A DNA stretch of 37,609 bases from Gemmatimonadales bacterium (GCA_035575475.1 DATLXT010000027.1:1-37609); one strand, 5' to 3'. Counted from the stretch's first letter, positions 1 to 11,682 are shown. Notes: generated from the sequence alone by a model not told the origin. Made by a program: numbers and translations.

Positions 1-49
1 CCGCCGCGATCTTGCAAAAGATGCACTCAGCCACGGCGCGGCCTCGCGG

Positions 50-1213
50 TCATCCCCCCAGCACCTCTTTCAAGTGCTTCCAGAATCGCCGGCTCCCCTC
101 CTCCGAGGGCGGCGCGCTCTCCACCTTGGCCAGCTCGCGCAGCAGGCGTTCCTGCTGCGGGGTGAGCCGGGTGGGCGTCCAGACGTGCACCCGCACGTGA
201 AGATCCCCGCGTCCCGCGCTCCCCAGCCGGGGGAGTCCTTTCCCGCGCAGCCGGAACACCGTCCCGGTCTGCGTCCCCGCCGGCACCTTGAGGGTGGTCG
301 GGCCCTGGGGCGTGGGGACCTCGATCTCGGCGCCCAGCGCGGCCTGCGTGAAGGACAGCGCCAGGTCGTAGATCAGGTCGTCGCCCCGACGCTCGAACCG
401 CGGATCTTCCGCGATCTCGAGCACCGCGATCAGGTCACCCGGGGGCCCGTTGCGGGGACCGGGCACCCCGGCCCCGCGCACCGTGAGGTAGTGGTGGTCG
501 TCCACGCCCGCCGGCACGTCGATCTGGACCGTCTTCTCGGCCCGCACCCGTCCATCCCCCCGGCAGGTGGGGCAGGGGTCGAGCACCACCACCCCGTCGC
601 CCGCGCAACTGGGGCACGGGGAGACCGAGAGGAACTGGCCGAACAGCGACTGGGTGTGCCGCCGCAGCTCGCCCGAGCCGCGGCAGGTGCCGCAGGTGGT
701 GGGGCCGGTGCCCGGGCGCGCTCCGCTGCCGCCGCATTTGGCACAGCGCTCGAGCGTCCGCACCCGGACCGTCTTGGTGGTCCCTGTGGCGACCTCGGAC
801 AGGGTGAGCTTCAGCGTCACCTTCAGGTCCTGGCCGCGGCGCCGCTCGCGCCGGGCCCGCTCGCCCCCGCCGAAGAAGGCGTCGAACCCGCCCAGCCCGC
901 CGAAGTCCCGCATGAATACGTTGAGCGCTTCGGCCAGGTCGAAGTGAACGCCCGCGAAGCCCCCGGCCCCGCCCGCGCCCCCGCCCCGCAGGCCGGCCAT
1001 GCCGTACCGGTCGTAGGCGGCGCGTTTCTCGGGATCGCGCAGCACCTCGTACGCCTCGGTGATCTGCTTGAACTTCTCTTCCGCCGCCTTGTCGCCGTTG
1101 TTGCGGTCGGGGTGGTACTCCATGGCCAGCTTGCGGTAGGCCTTCTTGATGTCGGCCTCCGACGCATCGCGCGGCACGCCCAGCACGGCGTAGTAATCCA
1201 CGGCCGCGCTCAC
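50..1213 (-). CDS. dnaJ: Molecular chaperone DnaJ
   Basis: 387-aa ORF. J-domain [32 protein letters not shown] with HPD, a G/F-rich linker, and four CxxCxGxG zinc-finger repeats ([32 protein letters not shown]). The GTG start overlaps the hrcA stop (GTGA). Confidence 0.95.
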   Translation of the reverse strand: MSAAVDYYAVLGVPRDASEADIKKAYRKLAMEYHPDRNNGDKAAEEKFKQITEAYEVLRDPEKRAAYDRYGMAGLRGGGAGGAGGFAGVHFDLAEALNVFMRDFGGLGGFDAFFGGGERARRERRRGQDLKVTLKLTLSEVATGTTKTVRVRTLERCAKCGGSGARPGTGPTTCGTCRGSGELRRHTQSLFGQFLSVSPCPSCAGDGVVVLDPCPTCRGDGRVRAEKTVQIDVPAGVDDHHYLTVRGAGVPGPRNGPPGDLIAVLEIAEDPRFERRGDDLIYDLALSFTQAALGAEIEVPTPQGPTTLKVPAGTQTGTVFRLRGKGLPRLGSAGRGDLHVRVHVWTPTRLTPQQERLLRELAKVESAPPSEEGSRRFWKHLKEVLGG

Positions 1214-2253
1214 CGGAGCAGCTCTCCCACCAGCCGGCTGGTGTGGTCCACCAGGGCCACGACCTTGTCATACGGCATCCGGGTGGGCCCCAGGATCCCG
1301 ATCACGCCCGAGAGCGGTCCGGAGCGATAGGACGACGTCACCAGAGTGAAGGCCGCGAGGCGGGGGTCCGAGTGCTCCGCCCCGATCGTGATCGTGATCC
1401 CCTCGCGCCGGCGGGCCTGGAGGGCCTGACGCAGGAGATCGCGCCGCTCGGTCACCGCCATGAGCCCCTGCAACCCCTCCTTGGTGGAGAACTCGGGTTG
1501 GGCGGCCAGGGGCTCCGTGCTGCCCAGCAACACGCCGCTCGCCTCCGGCCCCACGCTGCGCGGCACGTCGAACAGCTCGTCGGCTTCCTGAACGAAGATG
1601 TTGATCAGCTCGCTCGAGCCCGGCACCGACGCGGCGTCCCGCAGCCGCTCGGGAAGGCTCTGGCGGATCTCGCGCAAGGTGAGCCCCGCCAGGCGCTCGT
1701 TCAGCACCACCGCCACCTGCACCACCGCCTCGGACGCCATCTGCGACGGCACCTCGACGAAGATGGTCCGCACCACCCCGCTCTTCAGCGTCAGCACCAG
1801 CAGCAGGCGCTCGCTCGACACCTGCACCAGGTCGAGCCGCTCGAGCACGGCGTCGTCGAACGACGGGCTCGCCGCCACCCCCAGCTCGTGCGTGAGCACC
1901 CCCAACACCTTGGCCGCGCGGGCCAGAACCGCTTCCACCGCCGCCCGCTCTCCCTCCAGCTCCTCGCGGATCTGATCGGCCTCGGCCGGCGCCACCGGCG
2001 AGGGACGCATGAGGCCGTCCACATAGGCCCGGTAGGCGCGATCGGTGGGAATGCGACCCGCGGAGGTGTGGGGGTGGTAGAGGTACCCCTTCTCCTCCAG
2101 GTCGCTCATGGTGTTCCGAATGGTGGCGGCCGAGAGCCCCAGCCCCGAGCGCCGAGCAATGGTTCGGCTGGCCGCCGGCTCGGCGGTCTGCACGTAGGTC
2201 TCGACCACCGCGCCGAGCACCTGCCGCTCCCGCTCGGTCAAGGACTCGTCCAT
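1210..2253 (-). CDS. hrcA: Heat-inducible transcription repressor HrcA
   Basis: The N-terminal winged-helix region [67 protein letters not shown] is typical of HrcA. I prefer the ATG at 2253 (MDESL..., AAGAGG 9 nt upstream) over the TTG at 2280 given in the ORF track. Confidence 0.9.
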   Translation of the reverse strand: MDESLTERERQVLGAVVETYVQTAEPAASRTIARRSGLGLSAATIRNTMSDLEEKGYLYHPHTSAGRIPTDRAYRAYVDGLMRPSPVAPAEADQIREELEGERAAVEAVLARAAKVLGVLTHELGVAASPSFDDAVLERLDLVQVSSERLLLVLTLKSGVVRTIFVEVPSQMASEAVVQVAVVLNERLAGLTLREIRQSLPERLRDAASVPGSSELINIFVQEADELFDVPRSVGPEASGVLLGSTEPLAAQPEFSTKEGLQGLMAVTERRDLLRQALQARRREGITITIGAEHSDPRLAAFTLVTSSYRSGPLSGVIGILGPTRMPYDKVVALVDHTSRLVGELLR

Positions 2254-2281
2254 ATCATTTAACCTCTTTGCCGCAAACAAT

Positions 2282-3415
2282 TTAGGCGCTCACCGGGGAG
2301 CCGGTCAAGTCGGCCACCAGGGCGTCGAGGCGGAGCCAGCCCTCGGGCGTCGAGCGCAACCTGCCGTCTGACACCCGCACCCAGCCCGCCGAGACCCAGG
2401 CGGATAGCGCCGGACCGAGACGCGTCGGCGCGGGCAGGGGGAGGCCCGCCGACGTCCGGAGCCCGAGATACACCCGCTCGAGCTCCTGTTGCTCCGCGGT
2501 GAGGATCTCCGCCGATGCGACCGGCGAGCGACCCTCGACGACCGCGCGGCGATAGGCTTCCCAGGCGGCGAGGTTCCAGCGTCGGACGCGGCCGTCGAAG
2601 GAGTGGGCGGCCGGACCCAAGCCCGCGTACGCGCGTCCCGACCAGTAGGCCGAGTTGTGCCGCGAGCGGAAGCCCGGGCGGGCCGCGTTCGACACTTCGT
2701 AGAACTCGTAGCCGGCCGCGCTCAGCCGCTGGTGAGCGCGGAGGTACTCGGCGGCGTAGCGCTCGTCGCTCGGGGGGCGGGTGGCGCCGCGCGAGACCCA
2801 GCGCGCCAGGGGGGTGCGTTCCTCGACCGTGAGGCCGTAGAGCGAGAGGTGCTCCGGGGCGAGCGCCAGGGCGCGATCGAGGTCGCGGTCCCAGTCGCGC
2901 TCCAGCGCGTCGGGCAGGGCGAAGATCAGGTCGAGCGAGACGTTGGCGAACCCGGCGCCGCGCAGGTGGCGCACCGCCTCGGCGATCCGCGCCGCGTCGT
3001 GCGAGCGGTGCATCCATCGCAAGACCCGGTCGTCGAACGACTGGGCCCCGAGCGACACCCGGTTGATCCCGGCGGCGCGCCAGGCGCGGGCCGAGTCCGG
3101 CGTGACGTCTTCGGGGTTGGCTTCGAGCGTGATTTCGGCGTCGTCGCGCCACCGCGGGTCCGCCGGCTCGAGCAGAGCGCCGAGGAGCGCCGTGATCGCG
3201 TCGGGCGGGAGGAGCGAAGGCGTGCCCCCGCCAAAATAGACGGTCTCGAACGCCGGGCCCAATTCGGCGCGGCGCCCATCCCGCTCCGCCCGAACCGCTT
3301 CGACGTACTCGCGCACCGGGATGCGCCGGCGAATCGCGATGGCGAAGTCGCAATAGGTGCAGCGGCGCACACAGAACGGCACGTGCACGTAGAGATGAGG
3401 CGCGGTCACCAGCAC
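2282..3415 (-). CDS. hemW: Radical SAM HemN/HemW-like protein (oxygen-independent coproporphyrinogen oxidase-like / heme chaperone)
   Basis: Radical-SAM motif HLYVHVPFCVRRCTYCDF (CxxxCxxC) plus a HemN-type C-terminal region. The ORF-track start at 3547 overlaps dprA. A GTG at 3415 (VLVTAPHLYVHVPFC) fits the usual N-terminus better. The start is uncertain. Confidence 0.82.
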   Translation of the reverse strand: MLVTAPHLYVHVPFCVRRCTYCDFAIAIRRRIPVREYVEAVRAERDGRRAELGPAFETVYFGGGTPSLLPPDAITALLGALLEPADPRWRDDAEITLEANPEDVTPDSARAWRAAGINRVSLGAQSFDDRVLRWMHRSHDAARIAEAVRHLRGAGFANVSLDLIFALPDALERDWDRDLDRALALAPEHLSLYGLTVEERTPLARWVSRGATRPPSDERYAAEYLRAHQRLSAAGYEFYEVSNAARPGFRSRHNSAYWSGRAYAGLGPAAHSFDGRVRRWNLAAWEAYRRAVVEGRSPVASAEILTAEQQELERVYLGLRTSAGLPLPAPTRLGPALSAWVSAGWVRVSDGRLRSTPEGWLRLDALVADLTGSPVSA

Positions 3416-3452
3416 GTACTTACCCGGACCGGCCGGAGATGGCAACGACCCG

Positions 3453-5941
<2,489 letters not shown>

Positions 5942-5951
<10 letters not shown>

Positions 5952-6022
5952 TCCGCATTCCCCATTCCCCATTCCCCATTCCCCATTCCCCATTCCGCAT
6001 TCCCCATTCCGCATTCCGCATT
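5942..6022. repeat. Tandem 7-nt repeat array, about 11 units of CATTCC[C/G] on the + strand, the exact reverse complement of the 5534-5590 array
   Basis: Read directly: tattccc, then 10 perfect units at 5949-6018 (cattccg, cattccc x5, cattccg, cattccc, cattccg x2), then a partial unit cattg. It ends at the lpdA Shine-Dalgarno sequence. Confidence 0.95.
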
Positions 6023-6033
6023 GAGGAGGCTGA

Positions 6034-7425
6034 TTGGCGACCGCATTTGACGTGATCATTGTGGGCGGCGGCCCCGCAGGGTACGTGGCGGCGATCCGCT
6101 CGGCCCAACTCGGGATGAGCACCGCGGTGGTGGAGCGGGAGAAGCTGGGCGGGGTGTGCGTCAATATCGGCTGCATCCCCACCAAGGCCTTGCTCCATTC
6201 CGCCTACCTGGCCCGGGCCGTCCGGGAGGCGGCCGAGTTCGGCGTCGAGGTGGGGACCGTCAAGACCGACTACGGCGTGGCCATGAAGCGCTCGCGCAAG
6301 GTGAGCGACCAGAACTCGAAGGGCGTCGAGTTCCTGATGAAAAAGCACAAGGTCACCGTGACGAAGGGGACCGCCGTGCTCCAGCCGGGCCGCAGGGTGA
6401 AGGTGGGCGGGGAGACCTACGAGGCCAAGAGGGGCGTGATCATCGCCACGGGCTCGCGGGTCAAGGGGCTCCCCCAGATCGGCCTGGAGATCAACAAGAC
6501 CACGGTGATCTCGTCGGACGAGGCCCTGTTCCTGGAGAAGGTTCCTGCCACCCTGGCGATCATCGGCGCGGGCGCCGTCGGGATGGAGTTCGCCGACATC
6601 TTCGACGCCTTCGGCGTGAAGGTGACCCTCATCGAGGCCCTGTCCCGGATTCTGCCGCTCGAGGATCACGAGGCCTCGGACGCCCTCACCAAGAGTTACC
6701 GCAAGCGCGGCATCGAGGTCATCGCCGGAGCCAAGGTGACCAAGGCGTCGGTCGGGAAGGACGCCGTCAAGCTGGACGTGGAGACGGAGGGCGGGAAGAA
6801 GAAGGTCGAGGCCGACGTGGTGCTCATGGCCGCCGGGCGCGCCGTCAATACCGAGAACCTCGGTCTCGAGGGGTGCGGCATCCAGCTCACGGAACAGGGG
6901 TTCATCAAGGTGGACCGGCGGCTCCAGACCACCGCGCCGGGCTACTACGCCATCGGTGACGTGGCCGGGCCCCCGATGCTGGCGCACAAGGGAAGCCGCG
7001 AGGGAGTGTTCGTGGCGGAGCTGCTGGCGGGCCACCAGCCGCCCGCCATCAAGTACGACAACGTCCCCAGCGTGACGTACTGTCACCCCGAAGTCGCCAG
7101 CATCGGCCTCACCGAAGAGCAGTGCAAGGAGCGGAAGCTCGACTACACCGTGGGCCGGTTCCCCTTCTCGGCCAACGGGCGGGCCCGGGGATCGGGGGAG
7201 ACCGAGGGCTTCGTGAAGATCCTCCGCGACAAGCGGTACGGCGAGATCCTGGGGGCGCACATCGTGGGCGCCCACGCCTCCGAACTGATCCACGAGCTGG
7301 CCGTGGCGCGGGAGAACGAGTACACGGTGGAGGAAGTGGAGCTGGCCATCCACGCCCACCCCACTCTCTCCGAAGCCGTCGCCGAGGCCGCGCTCGATTC
7401 CCTGGGGCGGGTGATGCACATCTGA
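6034..7425 (+). CDS. lpdA: Dihydrolipoyl dehydrogenase (E3 component)
   Basis: FAD motif DVIIVGGGPAGYVAAIRSAQLG, redox-active disulfide GGVCVNIGCIPTKALL, NAD motif IIGAGAVGMEFA and C-terminal HAHPTLSEA. TTG start 4 nt after GAGGAGG. Confidence 0.95.
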   Translation: MATAFDVIIVGGGPAGYVAAIRSAQLGMSTAVVEREKLGGVCVNIGCIPTKALLHSAYLARAVREAAEFGVEVGTVKTDYGVAMKRSRKVSDQNSKGVEFLMKKHKVTVTKGTAVLQPGRRVKVGGETYEAKRGVIIATGSRVKGLPQIGLEINKTTVISSDEALFLEKVPATLAIIGAGAVGMEFADIFDAFGVKVTLIEALSRILPLEDHEASDALTKSYRKRGIEVIAGAKVTKASVGKDAVKLDVETEGGKKKVEADVVLMAAGRAVNTENLGLEGCGIQLTEQGFIKVDRRLQTTAPGYYAIGDVAGPPMLAHKGSREGVFVAELLAGHQPPAIKYDNVPSVTYCHPEVASIGLTEEQCKERKLDYTVGRFPFSANGRARGSGETEGFVKILRDKRYGEILGAHIVGAHASELIHELAVARENEYTVEEVELAIHAHPTLSEAVAEAALDSLGRVMHI

Positions 7426-7871
7426 ACCAGAAGGACCCTCTCGCCATCGGCCTCGGTGCCCTGGCCTGCGGCGTGGGCCTCGGCGGCGGGACGATCACCC
7501 TCACGCTGGTCGCGGTGCGAGCCCTGCAATACCTGGACCTCGCCCGCTACGGGGAGCCCGTTGCCGACCTGTCGCTCGACCTGATCGCGGGCCTGGGAGC
7601 CGGCATCGTGGTCGCCGCGTTCTTCGGATGGCGGCGGAGCCGGCCGCTCGACAACGTGTGGCAGCAGGGGGTGATCGCCGTGTTGGCTCCCGTTGGGGCT
7701 CTCCTCATCGCGTTCATCCTCGCGGTGCCGGCGGAGCACTTTCTGCACCTGCCGGGCCTCGTAGGGCTCACGGTGGCCAGCGTCGCGTTCGGGATCATGG
7801 GAAGTCGCTGGGCGGTGAAAGGCGCGGGCGGCGAGGCGCAAGCGCCGGGTAGCGAGGGCTCCGGCCCATGA
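7422..7871 (+). CDS. Small hypothetical integral membrane protein (about 3-4 TM segments)
   Basis: Hydrophobic segments PLAIGLGALACGVGLGGGTITLTLVAV, LIAGLGAGIVVAAFFGW, VIAVLAPVGALLIAFILAV and LVGLTVASVAFGIMG. Its stop overlaps the lipB ATG (ATGA), which argues that it is translated. There is no ATG, GTG or TTG between the lpdA stop and the first TM segment. The start is either CTG at 7422 or GTG at 7473. Confidence 0.55.
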   Translation: MNQKDPLAIGLGALACGVGLGGGTITLTLVAVRALQYLDLARYGEPVADLSLDLIAGLGAGIVVAAFFGWRRSRPLDNVWQQGVIAVLAPVGALLIAFILAVPAEHFLHLPGLVGLTVASVAFGIMGSRWAVKGAGGEAQAPGSEGSGP

Positions 7872-8524
7872 CCTCCCCTCCGGTGCTGGCCGTCATCGAG
7901 GCCGGGCGAGTGCCCTATCGCGAGGCCCTCGAGTGGCAGCGGGCGCTCGCCCGCGAACGGATCGAGGGACGCCTGGAGCACGACGTCCTACTCTTGCTCG
8001 AGCACCCGCCGGTCATCACTCTGGGGCGGGGCGCCCGGGCGGAGCACGTGGTGCGGCCCGCCGGCGTGGAGGTGGTGGAAATCGAGCGCGGCGGCGACGT
8101 CACCTTCCATGGCCCGGGACAGCTGGTGGGCTATCCCATCCTGGACCTCCGCCGGCACCGGCCCGACCTCCACTGGTACCTGCGCCAGCTCGAAGCCGCG
8201 CTGATCCGGAGCCTGGCTTGCCTCGGCATTCCGGCGGAGCGGCGAGCGGGATACACCGGGGTGTGGACCCGGGGGCGGAAGATCGCGAGCATCGGGATCC
8301 ACGTGAAGCAGTGGGTGACCTGGCACGGCTTCGCCCTGAACGTCACGACCGATCTCTCGCATTTCGACCGGATCGTGCCCTGCGGGATCCCGGGGGTCGA
8401 GATGACGTCGGTCGAACGGGAGGCGGGAGCCGGGCGGTCCGAGACGCTGTGGCGCGACGCGGTGGAGGCGGTGGTGCGCGGGTTCGAGACCGCGTTCGGC
8501 ATCACGGCCGGCGCGCTTCCGTGA
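7868..8524 (+). CDS. lipB: Octanoyltransferase LipB (lipoyl(octanoyl) transferase)
   Basis: LipB motifs GGDVTFHGPGQLVGYPILDL, KIASIGIHV, HGFALNV and VPCGI. Confidence 0.93.
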   Translation: MTSPPVLAVIEAGRVPYREALEWQRALARERIEGRLEHDVLLLLEHPPVITLGRGARAEHVVRPAGVEVVEIERGGDVTFHGPGQLVGYPILDLRRHRPDLHWYLRQLEAALIRSLACLGIPAERRAGYTGVWTRGRKIASIGIHVKQWVTWHGFALNVTTDLSHFDRIVPCGIPGVEMTSVEREAGAGRSETLWRDAVEAVVRGFETAFGITAGALP

Positions 8525-9135
8525 AGGACCGGATCCCCCCCGGCCAGGTGCCGACGCGGAAATGGCCGGTGCTCCATTACGGCGACGTGCCCCGGGTGGA
8601 CACCCGGACCTGGCGGTTCGAGGTCTCGGGGCTGGTCGAGCGCCCGTTCACCCTCACCTACGAGGAGCTGCTGGCTCTGCCGCGACAGACCGTCCGCTGT
8701 GACATCCACTGTGTGACGCGCTGGAGCCGGCTGGACAACGACTTCGAGGGCGTACCGGTCCGGCTGCTCCTGGAGCGGGCCGGGGTCGCGCCCGAGGCCC
8801 GGCACGTGCTGGTGTTCGCCGAGCAGGGCTTCACCACCAACCTTCCGCTCGAGGATTTCGACCGGCCGGAGAACCTGATCGCCCTGAAGCACAACGGCGA
8901 GTGGCTCACACCCGAGCACGGCTGGCCGGCGCGACTGCTGGTGCCCCATCTCTATTTCTGGAAGAGCGCCAAGTGGGTGCGGGGGTGCGCCCTGCTCGAC
9001 CGCGACATTCCCGGCTTCTGGGAGCAGAACGGCTACCACCTGCGCGGGGATCCCTGGAGGGAAGAGCGGTACGGGGGGCGGGGATTGACCCAGCACGATA
9101 TCAACCGGCTGCGGAATCTGAGCAAGCACCCGTAG
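8521..9135 (+). CDS. Sulfite-oxidase-family molybdopterin-binding oxidoreductase (small, YedY/MsrP-like fold)
   Basis: RCDIHCVTRWSRLDNDFEGVPVRLLLERAGV and GWPARLLVPHLYFWKSAKWVRG match the Mo-cofactor oxidoreductase domain. GTG at 8521 overlaps the lipB stop (GTGA). The upstream part of the 400-aa track ORF overlaps lipB out of frame and looks non-coding. No signal peptide is visible. Confidence 0.8.
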   Translation: MKDRIPPGQVPTRKWPVLHYGDVPRVDTRTWRFEVSGLVERPFTLTYEELLALPRQTVRCDIHCVTRWSRLDNDFEGVPVRLLLERAGVAPEARHVLVFAEQGFTTNLPLEDFDRPENLIALKHNGEWLTPEHGWPARLLVPHLYFWKSAKWVRGCALLDRDIPGFWEQNGYHLRGDPWREERYGGRGLTQHDINRLRNLSKHP

Positions 9136-9157
9136 CGCCGACCGTGTCGCGCTCGGG

Positions 9158-10495
9158 CTACCGCTTTCGCATCCCTCCCACCAGCTCGAAGAATCGCCGG
9201 AAGACGGCCATGCCGTCCCACAACTGCTTCAAGTCCAGCTTTTCATCCGGCGCGTGCAGGCGGTCGTCGGGGAGGCCGATGCCGGTGAGGACCAGGGGAG
9301 CGCCGCCCCGGGCCAGGGCCGGCACCACGGGGATCGAGCCGCCCGCGCGCACCGGGACGGTGCCGCGTCCCACGACCTCGCGGAACGCCTGGTCCAGCAG
9401 GCGGAAGACGGGGTGGTCGAGCCGGATCACGGCGGGATCCGCTCCGTGCAGGAAGCGTACGGCGACCGTGGCGTACGGAGGCGCGGCCCGCCGCACCGCC
9501 CGCTCGAGCTGTCGCTCCACCGTCTTCACCCGCTGGTCGGGAACCAGCCGGAGGCTCACCTTGGCCGTGGCCTCGGCGGGGATGACGGTCTTGGCCCCGT
9601 CCCCCGTGAAGCCGCCCCGGATGCCGTGGATCTCGAAGGTCGGCAGCGCCCAGAGCCGCTCGAGTACCGAATAGCGGGCCATCCCCGTCAGCGCCTTGGC
9701 CCCGACCCGCCGGATACGGAACTCGCGCTCGTCGAACGGGAGCTCTTGCCAGGCCTTGAGCTCCGCCCGGCTGGGCCGCCTGACCGCGGCGTAGAGCCCG
9801 GGGATGCGGATCCGGCCGTCCTCGCCCTTGAGCCGAGCCAGGAGGCGGATCAGGGCCTCGTGCGCGTTGGGCGCCGCCCCGCCGTACTCGCCCGAATGGA
9901 GGTCGGTGCGGGCGGTGCGCACCGTGATCTCGGCATAGCAGAGTCCGCGCAACGCGGTGTACACGGCGGGCCAGCCCGGCGCCACGTACGCCATGTCCGC
10001 CACCAGGACCGCGTCGGCCCGGGTCCGTCGGGGCTCGCGCCGCAGCAGGTCGAAGAGCACCTTGCTGCCCGACTCCTCCTGCCCTTCGATGAGGAACCGG
10101 AAGTTCACCGGCGGGCGCCCGAGTGCGGCGACGGCCTGGAGGACGCAGAACACCTGTCCCTTGTCGTCGGCCGCGCCCCGAGCGAAGATCCGGCCGTCGC
10201 GCACCGTCGGCTCGAAGGGCGGGGAGGTCCACTGGTCGAGCGGATCGGGCGGCTGCACGTCGTAATGTCCGTAGACGAGCAGAACCGGCGCGCCCGGCAC
10301 CTCGGGGCCCACCCCCCAGACGACCGGATGGGTGTCGCTGCCCAGCAACTCCACCTCCCGGCAGCCCAGCCGACGCAACTCCGCCGCCACCCACTCGGCC
10401 GCGCGACGGCAGTCGGCGTCGTGCGCCGGGTCCGTCGAGACCGACGGGATGCGGAGGAACTCGCCGAGCTGGTCGAGCACGCGGTCGCGATTCAC
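9158..10495 (-). CDS. M20-family dipeptidase / metallopeptidase
   Basis: LLVYGHYDVQPPDPLDQWTSPPFEPTVRDGRIFARGAADDKG and FLIEGQEESGS are metal-ligand motifs of the M20 (ArgE/DapE/ACY1/CPG2) family. GTG start. Confidence 0.9.
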   Translation of the reverse strand: MNRDRVLDQLGEFLRIPSVSTDPAHDADCRRAAEWVAAELRRLGCREVELLGSDTHPVVWGVGPEVPGAPVLLVYGHYDVQPPDPLDQWTSPPFEPTVRDGRIFARGAADDKGQVFCVLQAVAALGRPPVNFRFLIEGQEESGSKVLFDLLRREPRRTRADAVLVADMAYVAPGWPAVYTALRGLCYAEITVRTARTDLHSGEYGGAAPNAHEALIRLLARLKGEDGRIRIPGLYAAVRRPSRAELKAWQELPFDEREFRIRRVGAKALTGMARYSVLERLWALPTFEIHGIRGGFTGDGAKTVIPAEATAKVSLRLVPDQRVKTVERQLERAVRRAAPPYATVAVRFLHGADPAVIRLDHPVFRLLDQAFREVVGRGTVPVRAGGSIPVVPALARGGAPLVLTGIGLPDDRLHAPDEKLDLKQLWDGMAVFRRFFELVGGMRKR

Positions 10496-10563
10496 GGCGC
10501 GGCAAATGTAGATGGGCGATGCTCGGCTAGCCAGCGGGTCGAGCGCGGGTAGATTTACGCCGC

Positions 10564-11682
10564 ATGCGCACCACCGCGTCGTTCAATCTCTTCCCCGACG
10601 CGCCCAGCGAGCGGGCGATGGCCCGCGCCCGCTGGCTGGCTCGCGAGGGACGATTGGGCGACGCCGAGGCCGCCTACCGGGACGTGCTCGACCAGCATCC
10701 CGACATGAAAGCCGGCTGGGCCGAGTACTTCGAGCTGCTCCGCGGTCAGGGCCGCACGGCCGACGCGCTGCGGGTGGCCCAGCAGGCGCAGGCGCGGTTC
10801 CCCGAGGCGGCCTTCCCGCTGGCCCTGGTGGGTGCGGCCCTCATGGAGTTGGATCGCCCGCGCGACGCGCTCACGGTCCTGGAGCGCGCGGTCGAGCGCG
10901 ATCCCGACCTGGGGCTGGTGTGGCACGAGCTGGGGTACGCCGCGTACCGCCTGGGCGACAAGAACCGCGCGCTCCTGGCGCTGGATCGGGCGTTCGCCCT
11001 CGACCCGCACACCGACACGCTCAAGCTGCGGGGCCGCATCCTGCGCGAGGCCGGCCGCTATGCGGCGGCCGAGGTGGCCTTCGAGGCCGCGGCCCAGGCC
11101 GCCGAGCACCGGGAACAGCGCGCCGAGGCCGAGCGCGAGATCGCGGCCACCCGGCGCTACGCGTTTTACGCGCCGCGCCGGCCCGATCAGCTGAACCCGG
11201 CGGAGCGCTGGTTCGGAGACACCGGGACCGTGGTCTTGAGCCCCCGCCCGGGGCCGGTCGCTCCCTCCGACGGTGTCCTGGTCGCGGCGTTTCTCGAGCT
11301 GGCCCACGACCGGGGGTGGCGCTTCGGCCAGGTGGTCGTGGCCGGCCCCACTCTGCCGTGTTGGACCGTGCTGGCCGAGGGGCTGAGCGCGCCCCTGGCG
11401 GGCCGGGGCGCGTTCGATCCCGGCGCGATCCCCCTGGTGGTGGCCCCCCGTCCGCTCCCCGCCGACGCGACCTGGGCCGCCTGCGCCGGTGCGGTACCGG
11501 CTCAGGGCAGTGGCCTGGTGTTCGTGCTGGAGCACCCGGCCGTGCTCCCGGCCGCGGCCGACGTGATCGGGGTGTTGACCGACGGAGGAGCCCGCCGGGG
11601 CCGGATGCCGGACGTGGCCCACGCGGTCTCGGAAGCGCAGCACCCCGCGGCGGCCCTGGCGGGTCGGCGGCTGGGCGCGTAG
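10564..11682 (+). CDS. TPR-repeat protein with an uncharacterised C-terminal domain
   Basis: The N-terminal half contains several 34-aa TPR-like repeats (for example GDAEAAYRDVLDQHPDMKAGW, RDALTVLERAVERDPDLGLVWHELGYAAYRLGDKNRALLALDRAFALDP). I do not recognise the C-terminal ~170 aa. Confidence 0.72.
   Translation: MRTTASFNLFPDAPSERAMARARWLAREGRLGDAEAAYRDVLDQHPDMKAGWAEYFELLRGQGRTADALRVAQQAQARFPEAAFPLALVGAALMELDRPRDALTVLERAVERDPDLGLVWHELGYAAYRLGDKNRALLALDRAFALDPHTDTLKLRGRILREAGRYAAAEVAFEAAAQAAEHREQRAEAEREIAATRRYAFYAPRRPDQLNPAERWFGDTGTVVLSPRPGPVAPSDGVLVAAFLELAHDRGWRFGQVVVAGPTLPCWTVLAEGLSAPLAGRGAFDPGAIPLVVAPRPLPADATWAACAGAVPAQGSGLVFVLEHPAVLPAAADVIGVLTDGGARRGRMPDVAHAVSEAQHPAAALAGRRLGA

Noticed and set aside
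1-49. A short AT-containing hairpin (ATCTT-GCAA-AAGAT, about 10-23) downstream of dnaJ, as a possible terminator.
   Set aside because: The stem is only 5 bp with no U-tract on the minus strand, and the region is cut by the window edge, so there is too little evidence.
2254-2281. A CIRCE operator expected near hrcA.
   Set aside because: No TTAGCACTC/GAGTGCTAA-like half-sites are visible here or elsewhere in the window, so no feature is reported.
5952-6185. The N-terminal 78 aa of the 220-aa ORF-track version of the four-helix-bundle gene.
   Set aside because: This part runs antisense through the lpdA start and coding region and through the heptamer array, and it has no family-like sequence. 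An internal ATG at 5951 or 5918 gives the expected ~130-140-aa protein.
7933-8520. The upstream 196 aa of the 400-aa ORF containing the SO-family domain.
   Set aside because: It overlaps lipB in another frame, is Arg/Gly/Pro-rich with no motifs, and a GTG coupled to the lipB stop gives a complete domain.
9136-9157. A weak AGCGC...GCGCT stem between the convergent SO-family and M20 genes, and a similar weak inverted repeat at 11683-11713.
   Set aside because: The stems are 5 bp or less or imperfect, have no T-tract, and are not convincing as terminators.
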